The position numbers and the translations under genes are program-made. From positions 1,302,001 to 1,366,000 of the forward strand of contig CM075991.1 of the NCBI GenBank assembly GCA_038087875.1: a stretch of 64,000 nt of DNA. Direction: 5' to 3'. The DNA is from Malacoraja senta (Eukaryota). The stretch's first letter is position 1, and every line of letters starts with the position of its first letter. The notes beneath the pieces are model-generated. The model had not been told where the DNA came from and searched no databases. It worked only from the letters and a program-made list of their open reading frames with translations. This document shows, in pieces, positions 1-16,779 of the stretch.

Positions 1-778
1 TCTTAGAAAAATGGTTTACTGCAGAATACTCATTTAGACATTGATCTTGCCTTAGCACCCCATGCATGACCCTGCCAAGACCATGCCAAAGTGACAAACA
101 GTTGTAGCAGTATTTCCCTGTGCAGTAGAGGCCTGGATAACCTTGCGTTTCTCCACATTACCCCATCCGCCATTACTTCTCCCAATGGCATCATCTGTCT
201 ATATCCCTTTGCAGTCAGGCGTCTCAGGATTCACTCCAACTTTTTGTTGTCTTTAGCAAGCTCTGATGCACCCCGGGCCTGTGGTCTGAAACATTAAGTG
301 TAGGAAAGAACTGCAGATGCTGGTGTATATTGAAGGTGGACACAAAATGCTGGAGTAACAGGCTGCATCTCTGGAGAAAAGGAATGGGTGACGTTTCTGG
401 TCGAGACCCTTTGTCAAACTGAAACATTAACACCGATAGTTGAAATCCCAGTGCTGGTCCTCGTATACACCAGTGGTTACAGACTGCCAACCTGGCCAGA
501 CCTGTTTACCACTGCTTTCTTGCAGTTAATGAATCATCTTTCCACACAAATGTATTATTGTCAATATCTTGAACCTTGTGCAACAGCCTCCTGGATGACA
601 TTTGGTCTTGTGGCTAATGCATTTCCTGTGTAATAGCATTCATTGCATTTGAAGAAACTCATTTGGTGGTGAAGGTAGACAAAAATGCTGGAGAAACTCA
701 GCCGGTGAGGCAGCATCTATGGAGCGAAGGAATAGGCAACGTTTCGGGTCGAGATCCTTCTTCAGACTCTGAAGAAGG

Positions 779-3224
779 GTAAAAGGGCTGGATGGTTTGG
801 AGTATGTAAAATGTGTGCAGGATAGTTTTTTGCAGCAATACATAGAGGTACCTACTAGAGAAGGGGCAGTGCTGGACCTCCTGTTAGGAAATGAGACAGG
901 GCAGGTGGCGGAGGTATGCGTCGGGGAGCACTTCGGGTCCAGTGATCACAACACCATTAGTTTCAATATAATTATGGAGAGGGTCAGAACTGGACCTAGG
1001 GTTGAGATTTTTGATTGGAGAAAGGCTAACTTTGAGGAGATGCGAAAGGATTTAAAAGGAGTGAATTGGGACATGTTGTTTTATGGGAAGGATGTAGAAG
1101 AGAAATGGAGGACATTTAAGGGTGAAATTTTAAGAGTACAGAATCTTTATGTCCCTGTTCAATTGAAAGGAAATAGTAAAAATTGGAAAGAGCCATGGTT
1201 TTCAAGGGAAATTGGACACGGTTCAAAAAAAGAGAGAGATCTACAATAATTATAGGCAGCATGGAGTAATGAGGTGCTTGAGGAGTATAAAGAATATAAA
1301 AAGAATATTAAGAAAGAAATTAGAAAAGCTAAAAGAAGATATGAGGTTGCTTTGGCAAGTAAGGTGAAAGTAAATCCAAAGGGTTTCTACAGCTATATTA
1401 ATAACAAAAGGATAACAAGGAATAAAATTGGTCCATTAGAGATTCAGAGTGGACAGCTATCTGCAGAGCCAAAAGAGATGGGGGAGATATTGAACAATTT
1501 CTTTTCTTCGGTATTCACCAAGGAGAAGGATATGGAATTATGTGAGGTAAGGGAAACAAGCAGAGTAACAATGGAAACTATGAGATTCAAAGAAGAGGAG
1601 GTGCGGACACTTTAAAAAAATATGAAAACGGATAAGTCTCCAGGTCCTGACAGGATATTCCCTAGGACATTGAGGGAAGTTAGTGTAGAAATAGCAGGGG
1701 CTATGACAGAAATATTTCAAATGTCATTAGAAACGGGAATAGTGCCGGAGGATTGGCGTACTGCGCATGTTGTTCCGTTGTTTAAAAAGGGTTCTAAGAG
1801 TAAACCTAGCAATTATAGACCTGTTAGTTTGACGTCAGTGGTGGGCAAATTAATGGAAAGGATACTTAAAGATAATATATATAAGCATCTGGATAAGCAG
1901 GGTCTGATTAGGAACAGTCAACATGGATTTGTGCCTGGAAGGTCATGTTTGACTAATCTTCTTGAATTTTTCGAAGAGGTTACTAGGGAGATTGATGAGG
2001 GTAAAGCAGTGGATGTTGTCTATATGGACTTCAGTAAGGCCTTTGACAAGGTTCCTCATGGAAGGTTGGTTAAGAAGATTCAATTGTTGGGTATTAATGG
2101 TGGAGTAGCAAGATGGATTCAACAGTGACTGAATGGGAGATGCCAGAGAGTAATGGTGGATGGCTGTTTGTCAGGTTGGAGGCCGGTGACTAGTGGGGTG
2201 CCTCAGGGGTCTGTGTTGGGTCCACTGTTGTTTGTCATGTACATCAATGATCTGGATGATGGTGTGGAAAATTGGATTAGTAAGTATGCAGATGATACTA
2301 AGATAGGTGGTGTTGTGGATAATGAAGTAGATTTTCAAAGTCTACAGAGAGATTTAGGCCATTTGGAAGAGTGGGCTGAAAGATGGCAGATGGAGTTTAG
2401 TGCTGATAAATGTGAGGTGCTACATCTCGGCAGGACAAATCAAATTAGGACGTACATGGTAAATGGTAGAGAATTGAGGAATGAAGTTGAACAGAGGGAT
2501 CTAGGAATAACTGTGCATAGTTCCCTGATGGTGGAATCTCATGTAGATAGGGTGGTAAAGAAAGCTTTGGTGTGCTGGCCTTTATAAATCAGAGCATTGA
2601 ATATAGAAGTTGGGATGTAATGTTAAAATTGTACAAGGCATTGATGAGGCCAATTCTGGAGTATGGAGTACAATTTTGGTCGCCTAATTATAGGAAGGAT
2701 GTCAACAAAATAGAGAGAGTACAGAGGAAATTTACTAGAATGTTGCCTGGGTTTCAGCAACTAAGTTACAGAGAAAGGTTGAACAAGTTAGGTCTTTATT
2801 CTTTGGAGCGCAGAAGGTTAAGAGGGGACTTGATAGAGGTCTTTAAAATTATGAGCGGGTTAGACAGAGTGGACGTGGATAAGCTTTTCCCATTGAGAGT
2901 AGGGAAGATTCAAACAAGGGGACATGACTTGAGAATTAAGGGACAGAAGTTTAGGGGTAACATTAGGGGGAACTTCTTTACTCAGAGAGTGGTAGCTGTG
3001 TGGAATGAGCTTCCAGTGGAAGTGGTGGAGGCAGGTTCGATTTTATCCTTTAAAAATAGATTGGATGGGTATATGGACGGGAAAGGAATGGAGGGTTATG
3101 GTCTGAGTGCAGGTAGATGGGACTAGGGGGGAAATAAAAAATAAATACAATTAAAAAAGTGTTCGGCACGGACTTGAAGGGCCGAGATGGCCTGTTTCCA
3201 TGCTGTTATGGTTATATGGTTATA
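779..3224 (+). mobile_element. 5'-truncated CR1 LINE, ORF2 broken by frameshifts/stops
   Basis: [47 protein letters not shown] motifs; (GGTTATAT)-type 3' tail. Confidence 0.93.
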
Positions 3225-4015
3225 GTTTTAAGTGTTAAACGACATTATATAAATACAGATTTTTATTTTCCAGTTCATACTTTGCTGATACCAAATCTGG
3301 GTGGGTGATCACATCCTTGCATGCTGTTTTTATTGCTGTCAAGGTAGTCATTTGATAAAACCCTGTAGAGTTGGGTTTTCTATTATGTCCCTAGTTTGTA
3401 GATACACCAGAAACTACAGATGCTGGAATCTTGAGTGAAACATAGGTTGGGGGAACATAGCAGGTTAGGCAGCATCTGTGGAGCAAATGGACAGGTGACG
3501 TTTCTGGTCGGGAGCCTTCATCAAGCTGAGACTCATTGGGCATGTATAATAACTGATTTAAATCACCGAGGGTAAATAGACATAGAGCACAGAAACCAGC
3601 CCCTCATCCCTCGGTGATTGAAGTGCTCGTAAAGATGCTTCTTAAATGTTGTGGGGGTCTCTGCCTTCCAGATTCCAGCCACTGGATTAAAAAAACCTTT
3701 TCTTCAGATCCCTTCGAAGCCTGTTTCTGACTTTAAACCTTTGCCAAGAGTTTGCCAAAGCCAAGGAGTTTTCTACCGTCTGCCCCACATGTGCCCCTTG
3801 TGATATTCTGTATCACTGTTCAAGGGTTCTGCTTCAACCTGCTCCACACCAAGAGAAGCAAACACTGCCTCTTCAGTTTCTGGCCTGCCCAGTGCCCCAT
3901 GTCTCATGAACAGCATTGAGAGATTCTATTGTTATTGTTAACAGTAGTCAGCTCCAAGAATAAATGCGTGGAACACCCCAGGTTACTTATTCCTCATTTA
4001 TTTAGTTTTGTGATA

Positions 4016-4282
4016 AAGCGCAGAAACAGGCCCTTAGGCCCATCGAGTCCATGCCGACCAGCAATCCCTGCACACTAACACTATCCTACACACTTTTTAC
4101 AATTATACCGCCAATTAACCTACAAAGCTATACGTGGAATGTGGGAGGAAACAGGAGCTCCCAGAGAAAACCCACACAGCCCTCAGGGAGAACGTACAAA
4201 CTCCGTACAGACCACCCGTAGTCAGGATGGAACCTGGGTCTCTGGTGCTGTGAGGCAGCAACGCTACTGCTGAGCCACCCCG
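4016..4282 (-). mobile_element. tRNA-derived V-type SINE (HE1-like)
   Basis: Reverse complement of the 8595-8914 SINE architecture. Confidence 0.8.
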
Positions 4283-4824
4283 TTGTTCAACATTATTTGT
4301 TGTGTTTGAATGTAGAGCACAGAGCAGTACAGCACAGGACCAGGTCTGTACCGACTGATGTCAATCTAACTAAACCCATCCGCATGCACATAGTCCACAT
4401 CTCTATAATCATGTTGATGGATCTTTGAACACTCATTCCGGTGAATATTTAAATGCCCCTTAAACGTTGCTATCATATCTGCTTCTCCCACCTCCCCTTG
4501 CAGTACATACCAAAAAAAAGAAATGCACAACTCAGTTCACTTGAAGTGTATAAGCACTATTGTGAGGTGAGGTCTGGTGGAAGGATGGTGGGGGAAGTTG
4601 TGCAGTCAAGATTCTGATGAGGAATAAGTAATATGCTTGAGGAAAGGCAATCTGCTTTACACAGCAGGCCTGCAGTCATCTGGGGACATAATATACACGA
4701 TAACTGGAATTCTTAAAGAGGGCTATAAAGAAAGGTCGACCCGAAACGTCACCCATTCCTTCTCTCCAGAGGTGCTGCCTGTCCCGCTGAGTTACTCCAG
4801 CTTTTCGTGTCTATCTTCACTTGA

Positions 4825-7950
<3,126 letters not shown>

Positions 7951-8003
7951 AATGTAACATTATGTGTACAGTTACTGACACCTGGATTCATCCTTTGTTC
8001 CAG

Positions 8004-8193
8004 GATTTCTTCAAGAAGTTCCTGTATGAGCCACTGCCTGTTGAGTCCCATCTTGACCACTGCCTGCATGACCATTTCAATGCCGAGATCGTCACCAAAA
8101 CCATCGAGAACAAGCAGGATGCTGTGGACTACCTGACTTGGACCTTCCTCTACCGAAGGATGACCCAGAATCCAAATTACTACAATTTACAGG
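8004..8193 (+). CDS. SNRNP200: SNRNP200 exon
   Basis: ccag|GAT...CAG G|gtgtg; [63 protein letters not shown]. Confidence 0.97.
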
Positions 8194-8594
8194 GTGTGTA
8201 TATGACCCTTTGGATGATTTATTCAGCTGAATTTTCTGACTGGCATTTGCACCTTTTGGTCAGATGAGTTGATGTTTAAATTCTACTACATAATCCAAGC
8301 TGACATTCCAGTGTAGTACTGAGGGCATGCTGCATTGTCAGAGATGCTGTCTTTCAGATGAGATATTAAAATGCAGTTCTTTCTGAACTCCTTGGCTGAT
8401 GTGAAATACTCAGTGCTATTTGGATAATAATGGTGTTCTCTCCTTTCATTTCCTCCCATCCATTCTTCTGTCGTGACAACCTTTTCCTGAGACAAGCCAT
8501 TTGACTCCCTGCTGTTTGTGAAAGCTTAACGTGAACATTTACTGTATTGTTGCACTTCAAGTCCTTTGTGATGTAGAATATCTGAGAATATTAA

Positions 8595-8914
8595 GGGTGG
8601 TCACAGTGGCGCAGCGGTAGAGTTGCTGCCTTACAGTGAATGCAGCTCCGGAGACCCTGGTTCGATCCCGACTACGGGTGCTGTCTGTACGGAGATTGTA
8701 TGTTCTCCACATATGTGACCTGCGTGGGTTTTCTCCGAGATCTTTGGTTTTCTCCCACTCTCCAAAGACATACAGGTTTGTAGGTTAATTGGCTGGGTAA
8801 ATGTAAAAATTGTCCCTAATTGGTGTAGGATAGCGTTAATGTGCGGGGATCGCTGGTCGGCACGGACCCGGTGGGCCGAAGGGCCTGTTTCCGCGCTGTA
8901 TCTCTAAAACTAAA
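8595..8914 (+). mobile_element. tRNA-derived V-type SINE (HE1-like) with CR1-type tail
   Basis: A box gtggcgcagcggt, B box ggttcgatccc, V-domain gtgggttttctcc...ctcccac.ctccaaagacatacagg, tail gggccgaagggcctgtttcc. Confidence 0.85.
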
Positions 8915-9402
8915 GGAGGAAACAGGTTAATAAAAATATGAGTTCTTTCTTCATCCTTTACCTGATCTCTACTATTCTATTATCCTTGGATTATGCAGTG
9001 GAATTTAAACATCAACTCATCATTGGGACACATGACAATAAACTCTCTTGACTTGACTTGAAATACAAATTGAAAAATATTTTGAAATACCAATTGGAAA
9101 CTTCAATTGATGCTTCAATTGGTCACAGATCAACCATTGAGTATCTTAAATATGAAAATGATCCGGATTCTGTTGCGGTGCGCCACGTTTCAGCATGCAC
9201 TTGCTAGAGGCACTTGGGCAGTGAGAGTTCTCCAGCTGCCTGTCACTCCAGTGTAACCTGTAGTATCAATTCACCTGATACTACTTCATCTAATTTCTGT
9301 TTAAGAATTGATTTTCTGGTGCTGCGAGTAAGTATATGTGAATGTAATAGTCCCCACTCAGCTCTTCTGCCAACTATACTATGTGCTGTGTTTGCATTGC
9401 AG

Positions 9403-9567
9403 GTGTGTCACACAGACATCTCTCAGATCACCTCTCACAGCTGGTGGAAAATACCCTGAATGACCTGGAGCAGTCCAAGTGCATCAGCATCGAGGATGAG
9501 ATGGATGTGGCACCGCTGAACTTGGGAATGATCGCAGCTTATTATTACATCAACTACACCACCATTG
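9403..9567 (+). CDS. SNRNP200: SNRNP200 exon
   Basis: gcag|GT...ATT G|gtaag; (G)[54 protein letters not shown]. Confidence 0.97.
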
Positions 9568-9596
9568 GTAAGCTCCAGAAAACGACTGGTACATTG

Positions 9597-9862
9597 TATA
9601 GGAAGGAACTGCAGATGCTGGTTTAAATTGAAATGCTGGAGTAACTCAGCGGGACATGCAGCATCTCTGGAGATGTTTCGGGTCGAGTCCCTTCTTCAGA
9701 CTGATGTCAGGAGACAGAGATAGAATGTAGTCAGAGACAGTAAGACTGGTGGGAGAACTGGGAAGGGGGAGGGGATGGAGAGAGGGAGAGCAAGGGCTAT
9801 TTGAAGTTAGAGAAGTCAATGTTCATACCACTGGGATGTAAGCTACCCAAGCGAAATATGAG
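9597..9862 (-). mobile_element. Penelope-like element 3' fragment
   Basis: Minus strand encodes the endonuclease C-terminus (LIFRLGSLHPSGMNIDFSNF) followed by the pLTR with CTGAAGA...GAAAC. Confidence 0.7.
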
Positions 9863-10132
9863 ATTCATTGTGATTTTCATTCCCAAAACAAACTTGTGTA
9901 AGTACATACCCAACACCAATGCAACAGATTCATTCGCTAATACATCTCGATGCCATTGAATGGCTGTGGCCTATTTCCACTGCAATACACAGCACGGAAA
10001 CAGGCCTTTTGGCCCGACTCGTCCATGCCGATCAAGATGCCGCATCTAAGCCAGTCCCAGCTGCCAGGTGATGTTAGTCGTGCTGCAGAAATGGTACTGG
10101 AAACTGATTTTCTTTTTGTGTGCGTGTTTTGA

Positions 10133-10273
<141 letters not shown>

Positions 10274-10315
10274 TAGGAATGGCTCGAGGCTGTTGGTGGG
10301 GACAGAGCAGGGTTA

Positions 10316-10789
10316 AGGGCCTGTCCCACTTACGCGACCTGGGCTCGCAAATTACGCGACCTCGTGGTCGCTTGAGGCTTACGGGCACCGTATGGCCACG
10401 CATGGCCGGTCCCACCTAGAAGCGCGGAGTTGTACGGGGCTGGTCCCGACATCGCACGGGGCTCCGAAAATCTGACAGTGTCCGAAATCTTAGCGCGCCA
10501 ACGGCCTGTCGGCACACAGGCACATTGCGGTCGTACGCAGCGTCTTGACGGCGTACGCCTAGCGCATGGCGTTGCGCGATGACGCCACCGCCCGGCGTTG
10601 CGTTGCGTGATGACGTCACCGTCTGACGCCGTGCGACACCCAAATTCAGTCAGCCCGCCTCCTGCCCAGCTGATTGGTAAGTATGACACAAATGATGTCA
10701 CGCGCGTATTTAGCGCGAACTTTGCGTGAACTCCGCTTCCGTTTGGTCGCACCAAACGCATGCAATCGCATGCAAGTGGGACAGGCCCT
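10316..10789. mobile_element. PIF/Harbinger-type MITE
   Basis: Perfect 16-bp TIR AGGGCCTGTCCCACTT; TTA duplicated on both flanks (10313-10315, 10790-10792). Confidence 0.85.
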
Positions 10790-10861
10790 TTACGCTGTCA
10801 ATGAATCGATGCATTGACTGTCTTATGTTCCTCAAAATACGTCCTTATTCCTTGTAATTAA

Positions 10862-11017
<156 letters not shown>

Positions 11018-11089
11018 TGACTTAGGCCCAGTGTTGTAAACTGTTTAGCATGTGGTTGGCTAGACTTGGATCGTTCTCGAATGTGCTGA

Positions 11090-11458
<369 letters not shown>

Positions 11459-11559
11459 TAATTAGTTGACATCTTATATTGGCACCAGAACAGGGGAGAG
11501 AAATTGAGCAGAATGGGTAATTCCTAGAAATATAATGGATTTTGCATAAAATCAATATG

Positions 11560-12480
11560 GCTGGATTTGCAAGCAGTGAGGAAGGCTGCCAAAATATACA
11601 GCGGGATATAGGTCAGCTACAAAAATGGGCAGGGAGTTTAATCCCAGCAACGTCGGACAAATGTTGCACTTTGGGAGGTTAAATGTAAGGGGAAAGTAAA
11701 CAGTTAATGACAAGACCGTTAACAGCATTGATGTACAGAGTATTGGGTCCAAGTTCTTAGCTCCCTGAAAGTGGCAACATAAAGAAGGCAGATGGTATGC
11801 TTCCCTTCATCAGTCGGAGCACGAGTTTATGAATCAGGAAATCATGTTGCAGCTTTATAGGATTTTAGTTAGACCACATCTGGATTTGTGTGCAGTTCTG
11901 ATCCCCTCATTACAGGAAGGATGTGGTGGCCTTGGAGAGGGCGCAGATTACCAGAATGCTGCCTGCACTAGAGAGTAAGGAGAGGTTGGACAAACGTGCT
12001 TTGTTTTCTCTGCTGCATCAGAGGCTGAGAAGAGACCTGGTGCGAGTATATTGCAGTCTAATAGAGTGCAGTCTAATAGAGTCAGGGGATATGGGGTGAA
12101 GGCAGGAACGGGGTACTGATTGGGGATGATCAGCCATGATCACATTGAATGGCGGCGCTGGCTCGAAGGGCCGAATGGCCTACTCCTGCACCTATTGTCT
12201 ATTGATTCAATGATTCATTCAATTCAATGAATTGAATATAAAATTATATTATATATTGACTATGTATTGAATATAAAATTAAATTGTATAGAATATTATG
12301 AGAGGCATAAATAGGGTAATACAATGGTGTCATTTAAAAGGCGTTTAGATAGTATATGGATATACAGGAAATGGAGGAATATATATTGTTAGCAGGCAGA
12401 AAAGAGTTGGTCTTGGCCTCATGTTCAGCACATTGTGGAGCAAAGAGCCTATTCCTGTGCTGTACTCTTCTATGTTCTAA
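11560..12480 (+). mobile_element. Degraded CR1 3' fragments
   Basis: Similar to the 3' RT and UTR of other CR1 copies (gttagaccacatctgg, gatcagccatgatc). Confidence 0.7.
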
Positions 12481-12595
12481 TCTTATGAATATGAAAGTTT
12501 GCCTTCCTGTTTGCACTAGTTTGGGAACTGACTGATTGAGTTGGCTGTAACGGAAGGTCTGTATTTGTTGGTAATATGCAGTGGTTTTCTTGTAG

Positions 12596-12756
12596 GGAAC
12601 TGATAGTATCTTCGATATCATGGAAATGGAGGATGATGAACGCAACATACTCCTTCAGCTCACCGACGCACAGATGATGGATGTTGCCCGATTCTGTAAC
12701 CGCTACCCCAACATTGAGCTCTCCTATGAGGTGATTGAGAAAGAAAACATCAAAAG
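12596..12756 (+). CDS. SNRNP200: SNRNP200 exon
   Basis: gtag|GGA...AAA AG|gtgagt; [53 protein letters not shown]. Confidence 0.96.
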
Positions 12757-13077
12757 GTGAGTCGTTTACTAAAAGACAAAGTATTGATTGGCCAAGGCAA
12801 TAGAAAAGAGATATTGACAGGTTTAGTGAGTGAATGCAGGTTAATAGTTGGCAAGTGCAGTCTAATGTGGTTCTCTTCAGCCCCACTTGTGCATGCCGAC
12901 TGGTGCCCAGCAATACTAATCCCATTTGCCTGCATCCCAAGTACCAGCCCAAATGCTTTTTAAAAATCATTACTTATGCTGGCATATCCTCTGGAAGCTT
13001 GGTCCACATAACCACCTGTGTGAAAAACCTTTCCATTCAGATGTTCTTTACGTTTCTCCTCTCTCACCCAAGCCCTT

Positions 13078-13476
13078 CTAGACAATAGACAATAGGTGCA
13101 GGAGTAGGCCATTTGGCCCTTCGAGCCAGCACCGCCATTCAATGTGATCATGGCTGATCATCCCCAATCAGTACCCCGTTCCTGCCTTCTCCCCATATCC
13201 CCTGACTCCTCTATTTTAAGAGCCCTATCTAGCTCTCGTTTGAAAGCATCCAGAGAACCTGCCTCCACTGAGGCAGAGAATTCCACAGACTCACCACTCT
13301 CTGTGAGAAAAAGTGTTTCCTCGTCTCCGTTCTAAATGGCTTACTCCTTATTCTTAAACTGTGGCCCCTGGTTCTGGACTCCCCCAACATCGGGAACATG
13401 TTTCCTGCCTCTAGTGTGTCCAAGCCCTCAACAATCTTATATGTTTCAATGAGATCCCTCTCATCCTTCTAAACTT
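13078..13476 (-). mobile_element. CR1 3' fragment
   Basis: LDTLEAGNMFPMLGESRTRGHSLRIR...RVVSLWNSLP; (CTATTGT)n tail. Confidence 0.85.
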
Positions 13477-13711
13477 CTGTTTTAGATTTTCGCTACTCAG
13501 GAGAAAGGGCTGACAATCTACCCTCTCTGTTTCTCAGAATCTTATAAGCGTCTAGAAGTACATCAGGAACAGAAATGGAACCTAGTGCAGGCATTACGAC
13601 ATCAGCTTGCATTGCCAATATGCCACTAACCATAACTGTAGCTCATACAAAGCAAATGGAAACTGACTCAACGTAGAAGGAAATAGAAGACAAAGCGTGG
13701 GTTTCCCTATG

Positions 13712-14115
13712 GCTGATGTCTCTAACAGTTTCATTCTTGTTTCTTAGTCTCATAATGGTTTCTTTGACTTTCATTGGCACAACTTTGGTTCTCATGTTGA
13801 TAAACAATAAAAGTTTCCAAAGGTGATGGAGGAAAGACTAGGTGCTGAGAGCTCTCTTATACCTGCATGAAGGAGGCAATACCTGAGCAATTACAAACGC
13901 CTGTGAAGCCATATGTCCCAAACATTATGGTGCCCTGAAAGGCTGTATAAACACAGCTGTAATTTCTACATGGTGAAACCAAAATGTATAAAAATGGCCT
14001 TGATTAAAATCTGACAATGTGCACTTTAACCACATGTGATTACAAATCTCAAATTGTGGAGTACAGAGGCAAATAAATAAATGATGGGTCTGTCCCAACA
14101 TTATGGAGGGAACTG
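13712..14115 (-). mobile_element. Tc1/mariner 5' end (IR/DR-type TIR plus transposase N-terminus)
   Basis: TA|CAGTTCCCTCCATAATG terminus at 14115, inner direct repeat tcccaaacattatgg ~13916, minus-strand MRTKVVPMKVKETIMRLRNKNETVRDIS. Confidence 0.75.
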
Positions 14116-14181
14116 TATGTATATTTTTAAAGGCGATGGTTGTCAGTCACTAATGTGGACATAATATGCATTTTTGTGCAG

Positions 14182-14263
14182 CGGCTCCTCGGTCGTGGTA
14201 ATGGTACAACTGGAGCGTGAGGAAGAGGTGACTGGGCCGGTCATTGCACCCCTGTTCCCTCAA
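14182..14263 (+). CDS. SNRNP200: SNRNP200 exon
   Basis: gcag|C GGC...CAA|gtgagt; (S)[27 protein letters not shown]. Confidence 0.96.
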
Positions 14264-14334
14264 GTGAGTACATCAACCAGTCAGAAAATTTCAGCCATTG
14301 CCAGTGCTTTTCATTGTACTCTCTAATTACCTGA

Positions 14335-14490
<156 letters not shown>

Positions 14491-14534
14491 TAAGTATTGA
14501 CAATGATGCATAAATGACCGTGAATGCCTTAGCC

Positions 14535-15095
14535 ATGCAGTGTGGAAACAGGTCTTTCAGCCCAACTTGCCCACACCGGCCAACATGTCCCATCTACACT
14601 ACCCACATGCCTGCGTTTGGCCCATATCCCTCTAAACCTGTCCCATCCATGTACCTGTCTAAATGTTTCTTAAACATTACGATACTACCTGCCTAACTAC
14701 TACTTACACCTATGACCTATAGTCTCGATTCCGCTACTCCGGGCAAGAGACTCTGAGTCTACCCGATCTATTCTCATGATTTTGTACATCTCTATATAAG
14801 ATCACCCTTGCGCTCCAAAGAATATAGTCCTAGCCTGCTTAACCTCTCCCGATAAGTCAGCTCGAGTCTTGGCAACATCCTCGTAAATCTACTCTGCACC
14901 CTTTCCAGTTTGACAACCTTTTTCCTAGAACACGGTGCCTAAAACTGAACACAATACACTGAATGTGGCCTCACCGTAGTCTTATACACCTGCAACATGA
15001 CCTTCCAACTTCTATACTCATTACTCTGATGGTGAAGGCCAATGTGCCAAAAAGCCATTTTGACCACCCTATCTACCTGTGACGCTACTTTCATC
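14535..15095 (-). mobile_element. Degraded CR1 3' fragment
   Basis: Reverse complement of CR1 RT C-terminus/3' UTR. Confidence 0.65.
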
Positions 15096-15413
15096 AAACA
15101 ATGGTCCTATAATCCTACCATTTCGAAGAGATTCAATATGTATATTTGCACATGGACCACAGGGTTGGCTCCTACAAGAATCTCTTCATTTACTCTGTGA
15201 CATTGTAGCTGGTGCTGAACAAACACCAAACCTCCAAAGGGACAAAGCTACATAATTCTTTACTGTTGTCATGCCAACACTTGCTGGCAACTGACAGCCT
15301 AGAAAAAAATGTGTGCACATAAAATGCAAAAATGACTTAAAACGAACATAGATTAACATAGATAGCTCTTGCATAATACTGCCTTCACATAATGAATTCT
15401 AATTATTTTTCAG

Positions 15414-15563
15414 GTGAAACTAGACTTTCTTGCACCAGCCCCTAGTGCCCAACACTACACACTGTATTTCATGAGTGATGCGTACATGGGCTGTGACCAG
15501 GAGTACAAGTTCAGCATTGATGTCAAAGAGGCAGACAGTGAAGGCGAGAGTGACTCTGACTGA
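15414..15563 (+). CDS. SNRNP200: SNRNP200 last coding exon
   Basis: tcag|GTG...[52 protein letters not shown]. Confidence 0.97.
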   Translation: MKLDFLAPAPSAQHYTLYFMSDAYMGCDQEYKFSIDVKEADSEGESDSD

Positions 15564-15945
15564 ACAGTTCAATCCAAGTTCCCTGCTGGCTGTTGCTGTT
15601 TGGAACTTCCCACACATCCATCTGTAACTAGACAGTGACCTACTTCGCTTTTAACACCCGATTTAAAAAAAGAAAGAAATTGATATGCTTTTGTTGTGGA
15701 TTGTATTTTCCAGTAACTGTTCTATGTTGAAGTGTGGCAGAAGGCTTGAGCAGAAGTGTGTGTTAGCTGCTTTCAGCAGCATTTAGTTCTTTATCACAGG
15801 CTTCTACGGTTTATTCAACATATATCCAGTTTAAAGTTAACCAAGTGATTTTTACAAGAATCCCTTTACTATGTGTACATTTAAGCTGATCGTGAGTCTA
15901 AGATTGAGCTGTCAGACCTTTTCTTACATGTGACCCGTTGCTCCA

Positions 15946-15951
15946 AATAAA
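15946..15951 (+). terminator. Probable polyadenylation signal of SNRNP200
   Basis: First AATAAA noticed downstream of the stop codon (~380 nt). Confidence 0.5.
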
Positions 15952-16779
15952 ATGTGAAATGCCTTTGCATTGCATTTTTCAACAATTTTGTTCTTCACAA
16001 GTCTGCACTCAAAGTGATAGCTAGAAAATGCTTCATTGGTCCTATTTCTTATGCATCTACAGGGCTCTCACTTAACTTGTTTTGCCTGTTGCCAGCCGGG
16101 CAACCTAGGCAGTTTAAGACGGCTTGCTTGCCGTGTGCGATAATATGCTCGGACGAAGTGCGTAGTTACCAGTCGGAATTATGCTCAGTGAAGCATTCAC
16201 ATATTATTTCTGCTTCAAATAAAGTCACAAACTAAACATATTCACCAATCAAGATGATATATACCACAATGACATGCAGCAAAATTATAATACAGTATCT
16301 CAACTCTTTTTACACATTGCAATTAATGCAATTTCTATTTTTTTCTTTCCACTTCCAAACAAAAATGTGGTTGGATTATTCAGCGTATGATCAACCTGTG
16401 TCAATAAATCCTGGACCATGGTAACATATAAGCTTAACCATGCACACTACAGATTGATGCAATCATGTTTTCTGTGAAGGACTGAAAATTATGACATGGC
16501 CACAGCATGGGTCGTTATTGCTATTGGCACAGAAACACTCTTGCGTCCCACAAAATGTATCCACAACAAAATATACAGGTTGCAAGGAAATTTCTAAAGG
16601 CATTTTATGATAATAACTGTTAAAGCCGACTATACCCATCTGACAGGTTAAACATTACACTAACTGACAAGAGATGGCCAAAGAGCATAACTGCAGCAAA
16701 TGTTCTTTTGGTAATATGTTTAAAGGTGTCAAAGGTGTTTACCAGACATTCAGATTAGATAATAGACAATAGGTGCAGG

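Noticed and set aside
1..700. Possible further SNRNP200 exon
   Set aside because: No frame matching the expected upstream peptide (AHLVIIMDTQYY) was found.
8595..8675. tRNA-like sequence with A and B boxes
   Set aside because: It is a SINE head followed by a V-domain and LINE tail, with no complete cloverleaf.
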